Assembly: GCA_040901985.1 (NCBI GenBank)
Contig: JBBDYC010000001.1
Location: forward strand, 146,201 to 183,228
Origin: Gemmatimonadaceae bacterium
GTDB lineage: Bacteria > Gemmatimonadota > Gemmatimonadetes > Gemmatimonadales > Gemmatimonadaceae
Direction of reading: 5' to 3'
Length of the DNA stretch: 37,028 nucleotides
In this document: piece by piece, positions 1 to 9,019 of the stretch
Numbering within the stretch: the first letter of the stretch is position 1
Layout: the number at the start of each line of letters is the position of its first letter
Notes under the pieces: generated by a model
Databases searched by the model: none
What the model saw: only the letters and a program-made list of their open reading frames with translations
What the model was told of the DNA's origin: nothing
Program-made: the position numbers and the translations under genes

Positions 1-1379
1 GCACCCCGCAGGGTGGTGGGCGCGGTGGGCTGGGCAGGGCGCGGCGCTGCTTGCGGCGCGGCCGGCGACGGCCGCGTCGTGCGCGTCGTGCGCGTGGGGA
101 TGATAGTGCGTGTCGGGTTCGCGCTACGGGTCGGTGTCACATCCCGGCGCGGCGCGCTGGTCGGTGTAACGTCCCGGCGCGGCGCGCTGGTCGGTGTAAC
201 GTCCCGGCGCGGCGCGCTGGTCGGCGTCACGTCCCGGCGCGGCGCGCTGGTCGGGGTCACCCGGCGAGTCGGCGTCGGTGTCGCTTGGCGCGTGCCGGGT
301 GCCCAGGGCGGCTTCGGCACGACCTCGCGACGAGTGGTCACGGTGCGCGTCGGGACGGGCGTCTCGCGACGGCCGTTCCGACGGTCGTAGTCCGGCCGAT
401 CATCCCGGCGGTCGTTCCGCCGGTCGTAGTCCGGCCGGTCGTCGCGCCGGTCGTCGCGCCGGTCGTTGCGCCCCACGTCGCGCCGGTCGTCGCGCCGGTC
501 GTTCCGCCCCACGTCGCGCCGGTCGTCCCAGCGGCCGCGGCGGTCGAACGTCGCGTGGCGGTGCACCACTGTATGCCGGCGCAGATACCACGGGTTGAAC
601 GGCCGGCTGGAGATCCCCCGATTGATGACGATGACCGTATGGCGGGGTGATATATAGATGGGATTGATCACGATCCACGGCCGCGAGACCACGACCCAGC
701 CACCACTGTGCCAGCCGTGGTAATAGACACGATGTCCGTACCAGTCAACGTCATAGGTCAGCCAGACGCCGATCGGATAGCCCATTCCCCACGACCAGTA
801 CGCGGGGTGCGCGTGGACCACGTAGACGGGGCGGAAGTAGATGACGGCCGGGTCGTACGTCGGCACATAGATCACCCGCGGCTGGGCCGGCACGATCCGG
901 ATCACCTCGCGCTCGACGATCACCTGCTGCTGCTCGGTCGTCACGAGGTTGCCCTGCGCGTTGGCCATCCGGCGGAGACTCTGCACGGCGGCCATCACAT
1001 CCGTGGACTGCTCGGCGTACGCCTGCCCGAGCGCAATCATCCAGTCCTCGCCCTCGGCCATCAGGTTCAGGACCGGTGGGTAATGCGCCACCGCCTTGAC
1101 GCTGATCTCCCAGGGCTGACGGTCGATTCCCTGGGTGCCGTTGACGCGAACGTAGGCCGCGGCGAGCGCGATCTGGTCGGGGAACGTCGCGGCGATGAGG
1201 ACCTGCGCGAGGATCGGGTCCGGGTAGAGCGCAATCGGCGCGAGGAGGTTCTCGAGCTCCTCCGCCGTCCACGGCTCCACGGCCTGCGCAGGGAGTGCGC
1301 CGTCCTGGGCTGCGGCGGGCGTTGCGGTCGCGCCGAGCGCGAGGGCGAACACGAGTCCGACACTGAGGGCGTTGCGCAT
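1..1379 (-). CDS. DUF3300 domain-containing exported protein with low-complexity repetitive C-terminal tail (3' end beyond window)
   Basis: Not in the ORF track because it is open at the edge. Manual translation from ATG 1379 (RBS AGGAGGT at 1384-1390): signal peptide MRNALSVGLVFALALGATATPAAAQ, then ELENLLAPIALYPDPILAQVLIAATFP...LGQAYAEQSTDVMAAVQSLR...IVPAQPRVIYVPTYDP, typical of DUF3300. No stop codon down to position 3. Confidence 0.88.
   Translation of the reverse strand, partial: MRNALSVGLVFALALGATATPAAAQDGALPAQAVEPWTAEELENLLAPIALYPDPILAQVLIAATFPDQIALAAAYVRVNGTQGIDRQPWEISVKAVAHYPPVLNLMAEGEDWMIALGQAYAEQSTDVMAAVQSLRRMANAQGNLVTTEQQQVIVEREVIRIVPAQPRVIYVPTYDPAVIYFRPVYVVHAHPAYWSWGMGYPIGVWLTYDVDWYGHRVYYHGWHSGGWVVVSRPWIVINPIYISPRHTVIVINRGISSRPFNPWYLRRHTVVHRHATFDRRGRWDDRRDVGRNDRRDDRRDVGRNDRRDDRRDDRPDYDRRNDRRDDRPDYDRRNGRRETPVPTRTVTTRREVVPKPPWAPGTRQATPTPTRRVTPTSAPRRDVTPTSAPRRDVTPTSAPRRDVTPTSAPRRDVTPTRSANPTRTIIPTRTTRTTRPSPAAPQAAPRPAQPTAPTTLRG
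129..260. repeat. 30-bp tandem repeat, about 4.4 copies, encoding (RRDVTPTSAP)n on the minus strand
   Basis: Units GGTCGGTGTCACATCCCGGCGCGGCGCGCT and close variants start at 129, 159, 189 and 219, with a partial copy at 249; in frame with the DUF3300 CDS. Confidence 0.92.
381..526. repeat. Nested 12/36/39-bp coding repeats encoding DRR(D/N)-rich tract
   Basis: Repeated CCGGTCGTCGCG units plus duplicated CGGTCGTAGTCCGGCCG and CCCCACGTCGCGCCGGTCGT blocks; translate to DRRDVGRNDRRDDRR...DRPDYDRRN in the DUF3300 frame. Confidence 0.8.
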
Positions 1380-1675
1380 CTGTACCTCCTGAGACGCCGA
1401 AGCCAACTGACGTGTGCTTCGGGATCCGTGATTCCACCAGGCGCGCGCTCACGTCGTCGTGCGTCTGCGCCGTCGTACCATGGGTCCAGTGCCAAGTTCC
1501 GGTCGAGTTCCACGCCGCGCAATAGGGAGAATTCAGCCGTGCGCGAGCGACACGGCGCGGGACGGTTGAGTGACCTGCGGAGAGGACGCCCGCACTGACA
1601 CCGCGGGGTCACGATGCGCGTACTGAGCAGGAGGACAAGGAATCGGGACGAATCATCCCCACCAGGAGCGCGGTC

Positions 1676-1927
1676 ATGGAAGAGATCAAGGTCACCGGCG
1701 CCAAGCTGATCGAGCGGCTGAAGGCGCTGATCAAGGAAGGGAACGTCCGGCGGATTCTGCTGCGGAACCCCGAGGGCCGGGTCCTGCTCGACATGCCGCT
1801 GAATGCCGGGATCGCCGCCACCGCGCTGTTGCCGTTCTGGGCGGCGGTCGGCTCGATTGCCGTCCTCGCGACGGACTACACCATCCAGGTGGAGCGCGAC
1901 CCGGGCGCCGGCGTCACGAAGGCGTGA
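1676..1927 (+). CDS. DUF4342 domain-containing protein
   Basis: EEIKVTGAKLIERLKALIKEGNVRRILLRN...LLDMPLNAG...TDYTIQVER matches the DUF4342 pattern; AGGAG about 8 nt upstream. Confidence 0.85.
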   Translation: MEEIKVTGAKLIERLKALIKEGNVRRILLRNPEGRVLLDMPLNAGIAATALLPFWAAVGSIAVLATDYTIQVERDPGAGVTKA

Positions 1928-2044
1928 CCCACCTCACACCGGCGTGGCGACCCGGCCCTTTACCGTGTACACTAGGGGTCGGCTGACGGCGTCAGACCGC
2001 GCCCCCCAGCCGAGTACACGAACCCTCCACGCCTGGTGGTGCCT

Positions 2045-3136
2045 ATGGTGTCCCAGTTTCGCCTTCGCGCGGCCGTCGGCCTTGTCGCCGCGGCCTTCAC
2101 GTTTGCCGCCTGCGGTGAGGGCACGACCCTCCCGACGACGGTGGACCCGGTCGAGATGCAGGCCGATATAGAGGCCGTCGAGTCGGCGTTCGCGCCCCCC
2201 GCGACGCAGTCATTCGCCACGATGGGGTACTCGATGGACGCGGCGCTGGCCGCCATCGGCGGTGCCACCGTCGTGCATCACCTGCCCGCACAGATGCTCA
2301 CCGAAGGGCCCGTGCTCCCGCTCCGCCGGATGCGCGACCGCATCGTGGACGTGACGGCCAGCGAGACCGCCGACGCCGTCCCGGTCACGGCGCTGGGCAA
2401 GACCTTCGTGTTCAACGCGTCAACTTGGGCATACGAGATTGACAACACGAGGACGGGTGCGCCGGCCGGCGGCGTCCGGTTCATCCTCTATGCGCTCGAC
2501 ATTGATGGCTTCATCATCGTCCCGTTGAGCGAGGTCGGATACGCCGACCTGACGAGTTCGGGAAGCGGCTCATCGGCCACCGCCACGGTCAGCGTCTTCG
2601 CGACCGGCGGGACGAAGGTGATGGAGTACACGGCCACCGTCGGTGGCACGACGTCCGTCCCGACGTTCGCGGTGGACGGGTTTGCTGGCACCGGCGTCAA
2701 CCAGGTCACGTTCGAGCTCGCGGTCGGCATCTCGGTCAACACGGGCGCCATTACAGTCTATTGGCGCGCCGATGTCCCCTCGCGCGGACTGAGCACGCGT
2801 ATCCAGCTGGCAATCGGGAGCGGCGATGACCCGTCGGTGACAATCGGCGCGCTGATGCGAAACGGCGTGCGCAAGGTCGAGATTGGCGGCACGGTCAGCT
2901 ACTTCGGCGGCGGAACGCTCACCGTGAAGGTCGGCAACAAGGTCTTCGCGACGATCACGCTCGACGAATACGGCGACGCGGTGATCGTGGACAAGAACGG
3001 GGCGCCGCTCTCGGCGGAAGACGAGGAGACGCTGGAACGAATCTTCAACTGGTTTGGCAACGCATTCGGGATGGCCGACGCCCTGCTGGCGCCGCTCTTC
3101 GTGCTGCTCGGCCTGGACGACGGCGGCACGGTCTGA
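2045..3136 (+). CDS. Hypothetical lipoprotein
   Basis: Hydrophobic N-terminus ending in lipobox FAAC (MVSQFRLRAAVGLVAAAFTFAA-C); beta-rich Gly/Thr/Val body; coding-like codon usage; no family recognised. Confidence 0.75.
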   Translation: MVSQFRLRAAVGLVAAAFTFAACGEGTTLPTTVDPVEMQADIEAVESAFAPPATQSFATMGYSMDAALAAIGGATVVHHLPAQMLTEGPVLPLRRMRDRIVDVTASETADAVPVTALGKTFVFNASTWAYEIDNTRTGAPAGGVRFILYALDIDGFIIVPLSEVGYADLTSSGSGSSATATVSVFATGGTKVMEYTATVGGTTSVPTFAVDGFAGTGVNQVTFELAVGISVNTGAITVYWRADVPSRGLSTRIQLAIGSGDDPSVTIGALMRNGVRKVEIGGTVSYFGGGTLTVKVGNKVFATITLDEYGDAVIVDKNGAPLSAEDEETLERIFNWFGNAFGMADALLAPLFVLLGLDDGGTV

Positions 3137-3151
3137 CCGCTCCTGCCGTGG

Positions 3152-3191
3152 CGACGCCCCCGGGGACCGCGGTCGGTCCCCGGGGGCGTCG
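3152..3191 (+). terminator. Perfect 18-bp GC-rich hairpin downstream of lipoprotein gene (putative terminator or mRNA stabiliser)
   Basis: CGACGCCCCCGGGGACCG-CGGT-CGGTCCCCGGGGGCGTCG, 15 nt after the stop at 3136; no U-tract. Confidence 0.6.
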
Positions 3192-3333
3192 TGCGTCTGG
3201 CCGGGTCGAAACCCCCCTCCCCGCGCATCGTAGGGGAACGGCGACCAAACCATTGGCCGGCGGCCGGTGTCGAAGGGCAGACCGCCGCAGCACCGCCACA
3301 ATAACGGAGACCGTCTCCCACCCTCGGGCCCCG

Positions 3334-5838
3334 ATGCGGAACGTCAAGCTCGCCATCCGGATGCTGTTCAAGACGCCCTTCGTCACGACGGTGGCGGTGC
3401 TTTCGCTGGCGCTCGGCATCGGGTCGAACGCGGCGATTTACTCGCTCTTCGAACAGTTGCTCCTGCGGTCGTTGCCGGTGCACGCGCCGGCGCGGCTGGT
3501 GAACTTCTCGGCGCCGGGTCCGATGCCGGGGTCCACGTCCTGCAACCAGCAGGGCGGCTGCGACGAGACATTCAGTTACGCGATGTTCCGCGACCTGGAG
3601 AAATCGCAGACCGTGCTCGCGGGCATCGCCGGGCACCGGATTTTCGGGGCGAGTCTCTCGGTGGACAACGAGCCGAGCGTCGGCGACGGCGTCTGGGTCT
3701 CGGGCGGCTACTTCTCGACGCTCGGCGTGCAGCCGGCGCTCGGTCGGCTCATCGGGCCGTCGGACGACGCGGTGGTCGGCGCGCACGACGTGGTGGTGCT
3801 GAGCCACGCGTTCTGGACGGACCGGTTCGGGGCGCGTCGTGACGTGATCGGCCGGACGATGATCGTGAGCGGGCGGACGATGGAGATCATCGGCGTCACG
3901 GAAAAGCGCTTCGAGGGGGCGACCGCGGGGTCACGACCGATGGTCTACGTGCCGCTGGCGATGCGGTGGGAGTTCGGGTCGCCGACCTACCGCGGCTACG
4001 AGAACCGCCGCGACTATTGGCTCTACGCCTTCGGGCGGCTTAATGAGGGCGGCTCGATTGAGCAGGCCGCGGCGGGCCTCAACGTGGTCTACCGGCCGAT
4101 CCTCAACGACGTCGAGGCGCCGCTGCAGCAGGGGATGAGCGAGCAGACGCTGGAGCGCTTCCGGGCAAAGCAGGTCGTTCTCGCGCCGGGCCGGCGCGGC
4201 CAGAGCAACATCCACGAGGAGGCCACGACGCCCCTCCTGATGCTCCTGTCAATCACCGCCGTGGTGCTGCTCATCGCCTGTGCGAACATCGCCAACCTGC
4301 TGCTGGCGCGCGGGGCGGGCCGGGCGACCGAGATGGGGGTACGCCTCGCGCTCGGCGCCTCGCGGCGGCACCTCCTGTCGCAGTTGCTCACCGAGTCGCT
4401 GATCCTCGCGATCGCCGGCGGCGCGGTGAGTCTTCTTGTCGCGCGATGGACGCTCGACGCGGTGGCCTCGTTCCTGCCGCCGGACGCCGCTCAGTCCATC
4501 AACTTCAGCCTCCAGACGCCGGTGCTGGTCTTCGCCGGGGTGCTGGCGATCCTCACCGGACTGATCTTCGGGATGTTCCCGGCGCTGCACAGCACGCGCC
4601 CCGACCTGATCGGGGCGATCCGCGCTGGGGCCGGCCAGATCGCCGGGGGCCGCGCCGCCGCGCGGTTCCGCGCCGCGCTGGTCACGGCCCAGATCGCCCT
4701 CTCGATGGGACTGCTGATCTCGGCCGGACTCTTCCTCAAGAGCCTGGTGAACATTTCCAAGGTGGATCTTGGCATCGCGGTGGACGACGTCGTGACCTTC
4801 TCGATCTCGCCGTCCCGGATCGGCTACGACACCCTGCGGGCGAGCGTGATGCTGCATCGCGTGAGCGACGAGCTCGCCGCGCTGCCGGGGGTGACCGGCG
4901 TGACCTCCTCCCTCGTGCCGCTCCTTTCCGGGAGCAATTGGGGCAACAGCGTCCGTGTCCAGGGCTTCGAGTGCGGCCCCGATACGGATTGTGGCTCGCG
5001 CTACTCGGAAGTCGGGCCGGATTTCTTCTCGGTGCTCGGGTTCGAGATGATCTCCGGGCGCGGGATCACGGCGGCCGATGCCGCCGGCGCGACGCGGGTG
5101 GCGGTGGTCAACGAGGTGTTCGCCGAGAAGTTCGGGCTCGGCCGCGACGCCGTCGGCAAGTTCATGGGACGCGGCGGCCAGGGTGGCGACTCGCTCAACA
5201 TCCTGATCGTTGGCCTGGTGCGGAACGCCGGCTACTCCGACGTGAAGGGGGAGACGCCGCCAGTGTTCTACACGCCGTGGCGGCAGAACACGCGGACGAG
5301 CTACATGAACTTCTACGTCAAGTCGGCGCTCCCGCCGGAGCAGCTCCTGGGCACGATCCGGACGGTGATGAAGGGCATTGACTCGTCGCTTCCGGTCGAG
5401 GAGTTGAAGACGATGCCCCAGCAGATTCGCGAGAACATCTTTCTCGACCGGATGATCAGCGTCCTCTCGGCGTCGTTCGCCATCCTGGCCACATTGCTGG
5501 CGGGGGTGGGCCTCTACGGCGTCCTGTCCTATTCGGTGGCGCAGCGGACGCGCGAGATCGGCGTGCGAATGGCGCTCGGCGCGAACAGTGGGAAGGTGCA
5601 GCGCCTCGTGTTGCGCCAGGTCGGCTGGATGATCCTGATCGGGGGCGTGATCGGGATCGGAGGCGCCCTCGCCGCCGGCCGCGCCGCGCAGTCGCTGCTC
5701 TACCAGCTCGAGGGGCACGACCCGATCGTCTTCACGCTCGCCGTCCTCCTGCTGAGTGCAGTGGCGCTGACGGCGGGGTTCCTGCCGGCGCTCCGGGCGT
5801 CGCGCGTGGACCCGATGCACGCCCTCCGCTACGACTGA
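3334..5838 (+). CDS. ABC transporter permease, duplicated MacB-PCD/FtsX (ADOP-type)
   Basis: LALGIGSNAAIYS, LLIACANIANLLLAR, EMGVRLALGA, REIGVRMALGA and RASRVDPMHALRYD motifs; start moved to ATG 3334 (MRNVKLAIRMLFKTP). Confidence 0.93.
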   Translation: MRNVKLAIRMLFKTPFVTTVAVLSLALGIGSNAAIYSLFEQLLLRSLPVHAPARLVNFSAPGPMPGSTSCNQQGGCDETFSYAMFRDLEKSQTVLAGIAGHRIFGASLSVDNEPSVGDGVWVSGGYFSTLGVQPALGRLIGPSDDAVVGAHDVVVLSHAFWTDRFGARRDVIGRTMIVSGRTMEIIGVTEKRFEGATAGSRPMVYVPLAMRWEFGSPTYRGYENRRDYWLYAFGRLNEGGSIEQAAAGLNVVYRPILNDVEAPLQQGMSEQTLERFRAKQVVLAPGRRGQSNIHEEATTPLLMLLSITAVVLLIACANIANLLLARGAGRATEMGVRLALGASRRHLLSQLLTESLILAIAGGAVSLLVARWTLDAVASFLPPDAAQSINFSLQTPVLVFAGVLAILTGLIFGMFPALHSTRPDLIGAIRAGAGQIAGGRAAARFRAALVTAQIALSMGLLISAGLFLKSLVNISKVDLGIAVDDVVTFSISPSRIGYDTLRASVMLHRVSDELAALPGVTGVTSSLVPLLSGSNWGNSVRVQGFECGPDTDCGSRYSEVGPDFFSVLGFEMISGRGITAADAAGATRVAVVNEVFAEKFGLGRDAVGKFMGRGGQGGDSLNILIVGLVRNAGYSDVKGETPPVFYTPWRQNTRTSYMNFYVKSALPPEQLLGTIRTVMKGIDSSLPVEELKTMPQQIRENIFLDRMISVLSASFAILATLLAGVGLYGVLSYSVAQRTREIGVRMALGANSGKVQRLVLRQVGWMILIGGVIGIGGALAAGRAAQSLLYQLEGHDPIVFTLAVLLLSAVALTAGFLPALRASRVDPMHALRYD

Positions 5839-5962
5839 GCGGGAAGGGCCGAATCTTCCAAGCGTGCCGCACCGTACAGAGGGGGGTCAGCACCCCGCCC
5901 TGGGGTGCTATCATGCGGGTCGGGCCTCTCCCGCCCCGCGTTCACCTTGAGAGCTGACTGAG

Positions 5963-7207
5963 ATGGACATCGTCCGTGCCCCCAAGAAGAAGACCGGCCG
6001 CAACATCGCCATCGCCGGCGGTGGAGCGGCCGTGCTGTTGCTGACCGTCGCCCTCGGCCGGCTCGACCCGGCGGTGCCCACCGTGCCGCGCGCGGCGGTG
6101 CTCGTGGACTCGGTGCGCCGCGGCGACGTCGTGCGCGAGGTGCGCGGCCCGGGCACCCTTGTCCCGGAGCACATCCGCTGGATCACCGCGCAGGCGTCGG
6201 CCCGCGTGGAGCGCAAGCACGTCGAGTCGGGCGAGCAGGTGACGGCCGGGCAGATCCTCCTTGAGCTGTCCAACCCCGACCTGCAGATCCAGACGATGCA
6301 GGCCCAGCAGCAGGTGCGGCAGGCGGAGATTGACCTGCTGAACCTGCGGACCAATCTCCGCAGCTCGATCCTGACGCAGGAAGGCGTCGTGGCAAGCACG
6401 CGGACGCAGTACGTCAGCGCCACGCAGGAGGCGACAGCGGCCGATTCGCTGGTCCGACGGAACCTCATCTCGAGCTTCGAGGCGGCGAACCGGAAGGCGC
6501 AGGCGGACGAGTTCACGACCCGCTACCGGATCGAGCAGGAACGGCTCCAGCTGATGGTGCAGGCGATTGACTCGCAGGTGGCGGTGCAGGCGGCGCAGGT
6601 CGTCCAACTCCGCGCCATCGCGGCCAATCAGGAGACGCGGCTGCGGTCGCTCCAGGTGCGCTCGCCGGAGACCGGCGTGCTGCAGGAGCTGACCCTCCAG
6701 TTGGGGCAGTGGGTGCCCGAGGGGACGACGCTCGCCAAGGTGGTCCAACCGGGCCGGCTCAAGGCCGAGCTACGGATTCCCGAGTCGCAGGCCAAGGACG
6801 TCGTGATCGGCCAGCGGGCCGCGGTGGACACGCGCAATGGCATCGTGGCCGGCGTCGTCTCGCGCAAGGATCCCTCGGCGCTCGGCGGCACCGTGACCGT
6901 GGACGTGATGCTGGAGGGGCCGCTGCCGGCGGGCGCGGTGCCCGACCTCAGCGTGGACGGGACGATCGAGATCCAGAAGATGACGGGAATCCTCTATACC
7001 GGGCGTCCGGCGTTCGGCCCGGGCTCGGGGACGGTGGGGCTCTTCAAGATGGAACCGAACGGCACGCACGCCGTACGGGTGCCGGTGGAGCTGGGGCGGA
7101 GCTCGGTGAATACCATCGAGATCATCCGCGGGCTCGAGGTGGGGGACCGGGTGGTGTTGTCGGATATGACGCAGTACGCGAACGTGGACCGCGTCCGGAT
7201 CAAGTGA
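5963..7207 (+). CDS. Efflux periplasmic adaptor subunit (HlyD/MacA family)
   Basis: N-terminal TM segment, lipoyl half-motifs (VESGEQVTAGQILLEL; VRSPETGVLQEL...GQWVPEGTTL), coiled-coil hairpin, C-terminal GLEVGDRVVLSD. Confidence 0.92.
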   Translation: MDIVRAPKKKTGRNIAIAGGGAAVLLLTVALGRLDPAVPTVPRAAVLVDSVRRGDVVREVRGPGTLVPEHIRWITAQASARVERKHVESGEQVTAGQILLELSNPDLQIQTMQAQQQVRQAEIDLLNLRTNLRSSILTQEGVVASTRTQYVSATQEATAADSLVRRNLISSFEAANRKAQADEFTTRYRIEQERLQLMVQAIDSQVAVQAAQVVQLRAIAANQETRLRSLQVRSPETGVLQELTLQLGQWVPEGTTLAKVVQPGRLKAELRIPESQAKDVVIGQRAAVDTRNGIVAGVVSRKDPSALGGTVTVDVMLEGPLPAGAVPDLSVDGTIEIQKMTGILYTGRPAFGPGSGTVGLFKMEPNGTHAVRVPVELGRSSVNTIEIIRGLEVGDRVVLSDMTQYANVDRVRIK

Positions 7208-7262
7208 TGCGCGTGACCAGCAGCGATTGACCAGTGCCATCTCATACGAGGAGACGACGCGG

Positions 7263-7967
7263 ATGACGACGAACGGAAGCAACGGGACCGCCTTGATCAA
7301 GATGGAAGGGATCAAGAAGGTCTTCTACACCGACGAGGTGGAGACGCACGCGCTGGCCGACGTGCACTTCGAGATCAAGAAGGGGGAGTATGTCGCGATC
7401 TCCGGTCCGTCCGGCTGCGGCAAGACGACGCTCCTCTCGATCCTCGGGCTGCTCGACACGCCGACGTCCGGCTCGTACGACCTGGCGGGCCACGCGGTGG
7501 CGCAACTGGCGCCGGCCGAGCGGGCGCAGGTCCGCAATCGGCAGATCGGGTTCATCTTCCAGGCGTTCAACCTGATCGGCGACCTGACGGTGTTCGAGAA
7601 CGTCGAGCTTCCGCTGACCTACCGCGATATGAGCGCCAAGGAGCGCGCGGAGCGCGTGAACACCGCGCTCGAGCGGGTGCAAATGAGCCATCGGGCCAAG
7701 CACTATCCGATGCAGCTCTCGGGCGGTCAGCAGCAGCGCGTGGCGGTGGCACGCGCGGTGGCGGGCGACCCGGCAATCCTGCTGGCCGACGAGCCGACGG
7801 GAAACCTCGACTCGAAGAACGGCGAGGCAGTGATGGCGCTCCTGCAGGAGCTGCACCAGGCGGGGAGCACGATCTGCATGGTGACGCACGACCAGCGGTA
7901 CGCGCAGCACGCGGACCGGGAAGTGCACCTGTTTGACGGAAAGGTGGTGGAGGCGGCGACGGTGTGA
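7263..7967 (+). CDS. ABC transporter ATP-binding protein (MacB/LolD family)
   Basis: Walker A GPSGCGKT, signature LSGGQQQR, Walker B LLADEPTGNLD, H-loop VTHD; GAGGAG RBS before ATG 7263. Confidence 0.95.
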   Translation: MTTNGSNGTALIKMEGIKKVFYTDEVETHALADVHFEIKKGEYVAISGPSGCGKTTLLSILGLLDTPTSGSYDLAGHAVAQLAPAERAQVRNRQIGFIFQAFNLIGDLTVFENVELPLTYRDMSAKERAERVNTALERVQMSHRAKHYPMQLSGGQQQRVAVARAVAGDPAILLADEPTGNLDSKNGEAVMALLQELHQAGSTICMVTHDQRYAQHADREVHLFDGKVVEAATV

Positions 7968-7983
7968 GGGGTCGCGCCGAGGT

Positions 7984-8409
7984 TCACCCCGGCATCACCG
8001 CCATACACTCGATCTCGACCTTCGCGCTCGGCACCACGAGGGCCTTCACGACGACCGTACTCCGTGCCGGCGGGTGCTGCGGCCAGAATTCGCTATAGAC
8101 CGCGTTCATCGCCTGGAAATCGCTGGCCTCGACCAGGAAGACGGTGCAGCGCACCGCGCGATCCATTGTCGTCCCGGCCTCCTCGAAGACGCGCTTGGTC
8201 GCTTCGAGGGCGAGCCGCGTCTGGCCGGCGATGGTCGAGTCGCGGAGGCCGAGCTGACCAGAGGCGTAGACCATATTCCCGACGCGGATCGCGGCGGTGA
8301 GGGTGGCGGTCGAGCGGCCGATCGGCTCGCGCGCCTGCGCACTTGCCGTGAGCGGAAGCAGGACAAGCAGGGGGGAGACGGTCCAGCGGAGTGGCGCGCG
8401 CATCGTCAT
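7984..8409 (-). CDS. RidA/YjgF/UK114 family imine deaminase with N-terminal signal peptide
   Basis: VYASGQL, TVFL, MNAVYSEFW, PARSTV (catalytic Arg) and VEIECMA motifs; N-terminus MRAPLRWTVSPLLVLLPLTASA-Q looks like a Sec signal. Confidence 0.9.
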   Translation of the reverse strand: MTMRAPLRWTVSPLLVLLPLTASAQAREPIGRSTATLTAAIRVGNMVYASGQLGLRDSTIAGQTRLALEATKRVFEEAGTTMDRAVRCTVFLVEASDFQAMNAVYSEFWPQHPPARSTVVVKALVVPSAKVEIECMAVMPG

Positions 8410-8822
8410 CTCGGGGCGGAGGTGTGGGGAGGAAACGCGAGGCGAAAGCTCACGAGGGTGACGGAATCGGTGGTCAGCGGAACGGTCCCCGCGGCCAGCC
8501 CATTGATCCGCAGCAGATACGCCACGACATCGGCGTAGGCGCGGCGCGAAAGGGACCCGGGTTCGGCCTGCGGCATCGTCGTGCTGATCCGCTCGTAGAG
8601 CTCAAGCGCGGTCCGGCCGTTCCAGCGAAGCTTGAAGTCCGCCGAGGTCATATCACGCGTCGGGTGGCAGCTCAGGCAGGTCGCTTCGAACCACTGCTGG
8701 CCGCGCACGGACTGGGAGTCGGTGAAGAAGCTCCGCAGGTCGGACTGGGCTCGTGCTTCGCGCGCCTGTGCCAGGCACAGCGCGGCACTGATCATCACGA
8801 GGGCGCGAAGGTCACGGAGCAC
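8406..8822 (-). CDS. Monoheme cytochrome c (exported)
   Basis: CLSCH heme motif, distal Met in TTMPQAEPG, signal peptide; start GTG 8822 or ATG 8795; stop overlaps the RidA start (ATGA). Confidence 0.85.
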   Translation of the reverse strand: MLRDLRALVMISAALCLAQAREARAQSDLRSFFTDSQSVRGQQWFEATCLSCHPTRDMTSADFKLRWNGRTALELYERISTTMPQAEPGSLSRRAYADVVAYLLRINGLAAGTVPLTTDSVTLVSFRLAFPPHTSAPR

Positions 8823-9019
8823 GGCGGGAAGGCTGGCGGTTTGGGGGATGCCGGGGGAAAGTGAGATGCGACGCGCGCGGCGGCAACCCTCCGTCGGGCG
8901 CGTCGAGCGTTGGGGCGGGTCGTGCCGTCCGGGCGGCGGTGGCGAAATTCGGAGTCTCCGATTGCGAAGACGGGTGTCGGCGCGCAATTTCGCCCGGTCC
9001 CGCACCCCTCTCGCCTCAT

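Noticed and set aside
129..260. 30-bp repeats as a CRISPR array
   Set aside because: Units are directly adjacent with no unique spacers, are in frame within a CDS, and no cas genes are present.
1480..1496. TGGCAC on the minus strand as a sigma54 promoter for the DUF3300 gene
   Set aside because: No TTGC -12 element at the required spacing.
708..1598. Plus-strand 296-aa ORF (also 13..390 and 51..650)
   Set aside because: Antisense shadows of the DUF3300 gene, which has an RBS, a signal peptide and family motifs.
3148..3333. Long N-terminal extensions in the ORF track (permease; also 11352, 17189, 23534, 26714, 31257, 32593 starts)
   Set aside because: The extensions overlap hairpins or neighbouring genes; downstream starts fit family N-termini and stop/start coupling.
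8869..8905. GC-rich hairpin CGACGCGC...GCGCGTCG as a riboswitch or ncRNA
   Set aside because: Short, nearly all-GC stem expected by chance at this base composition; no recognisable aptamer motif.
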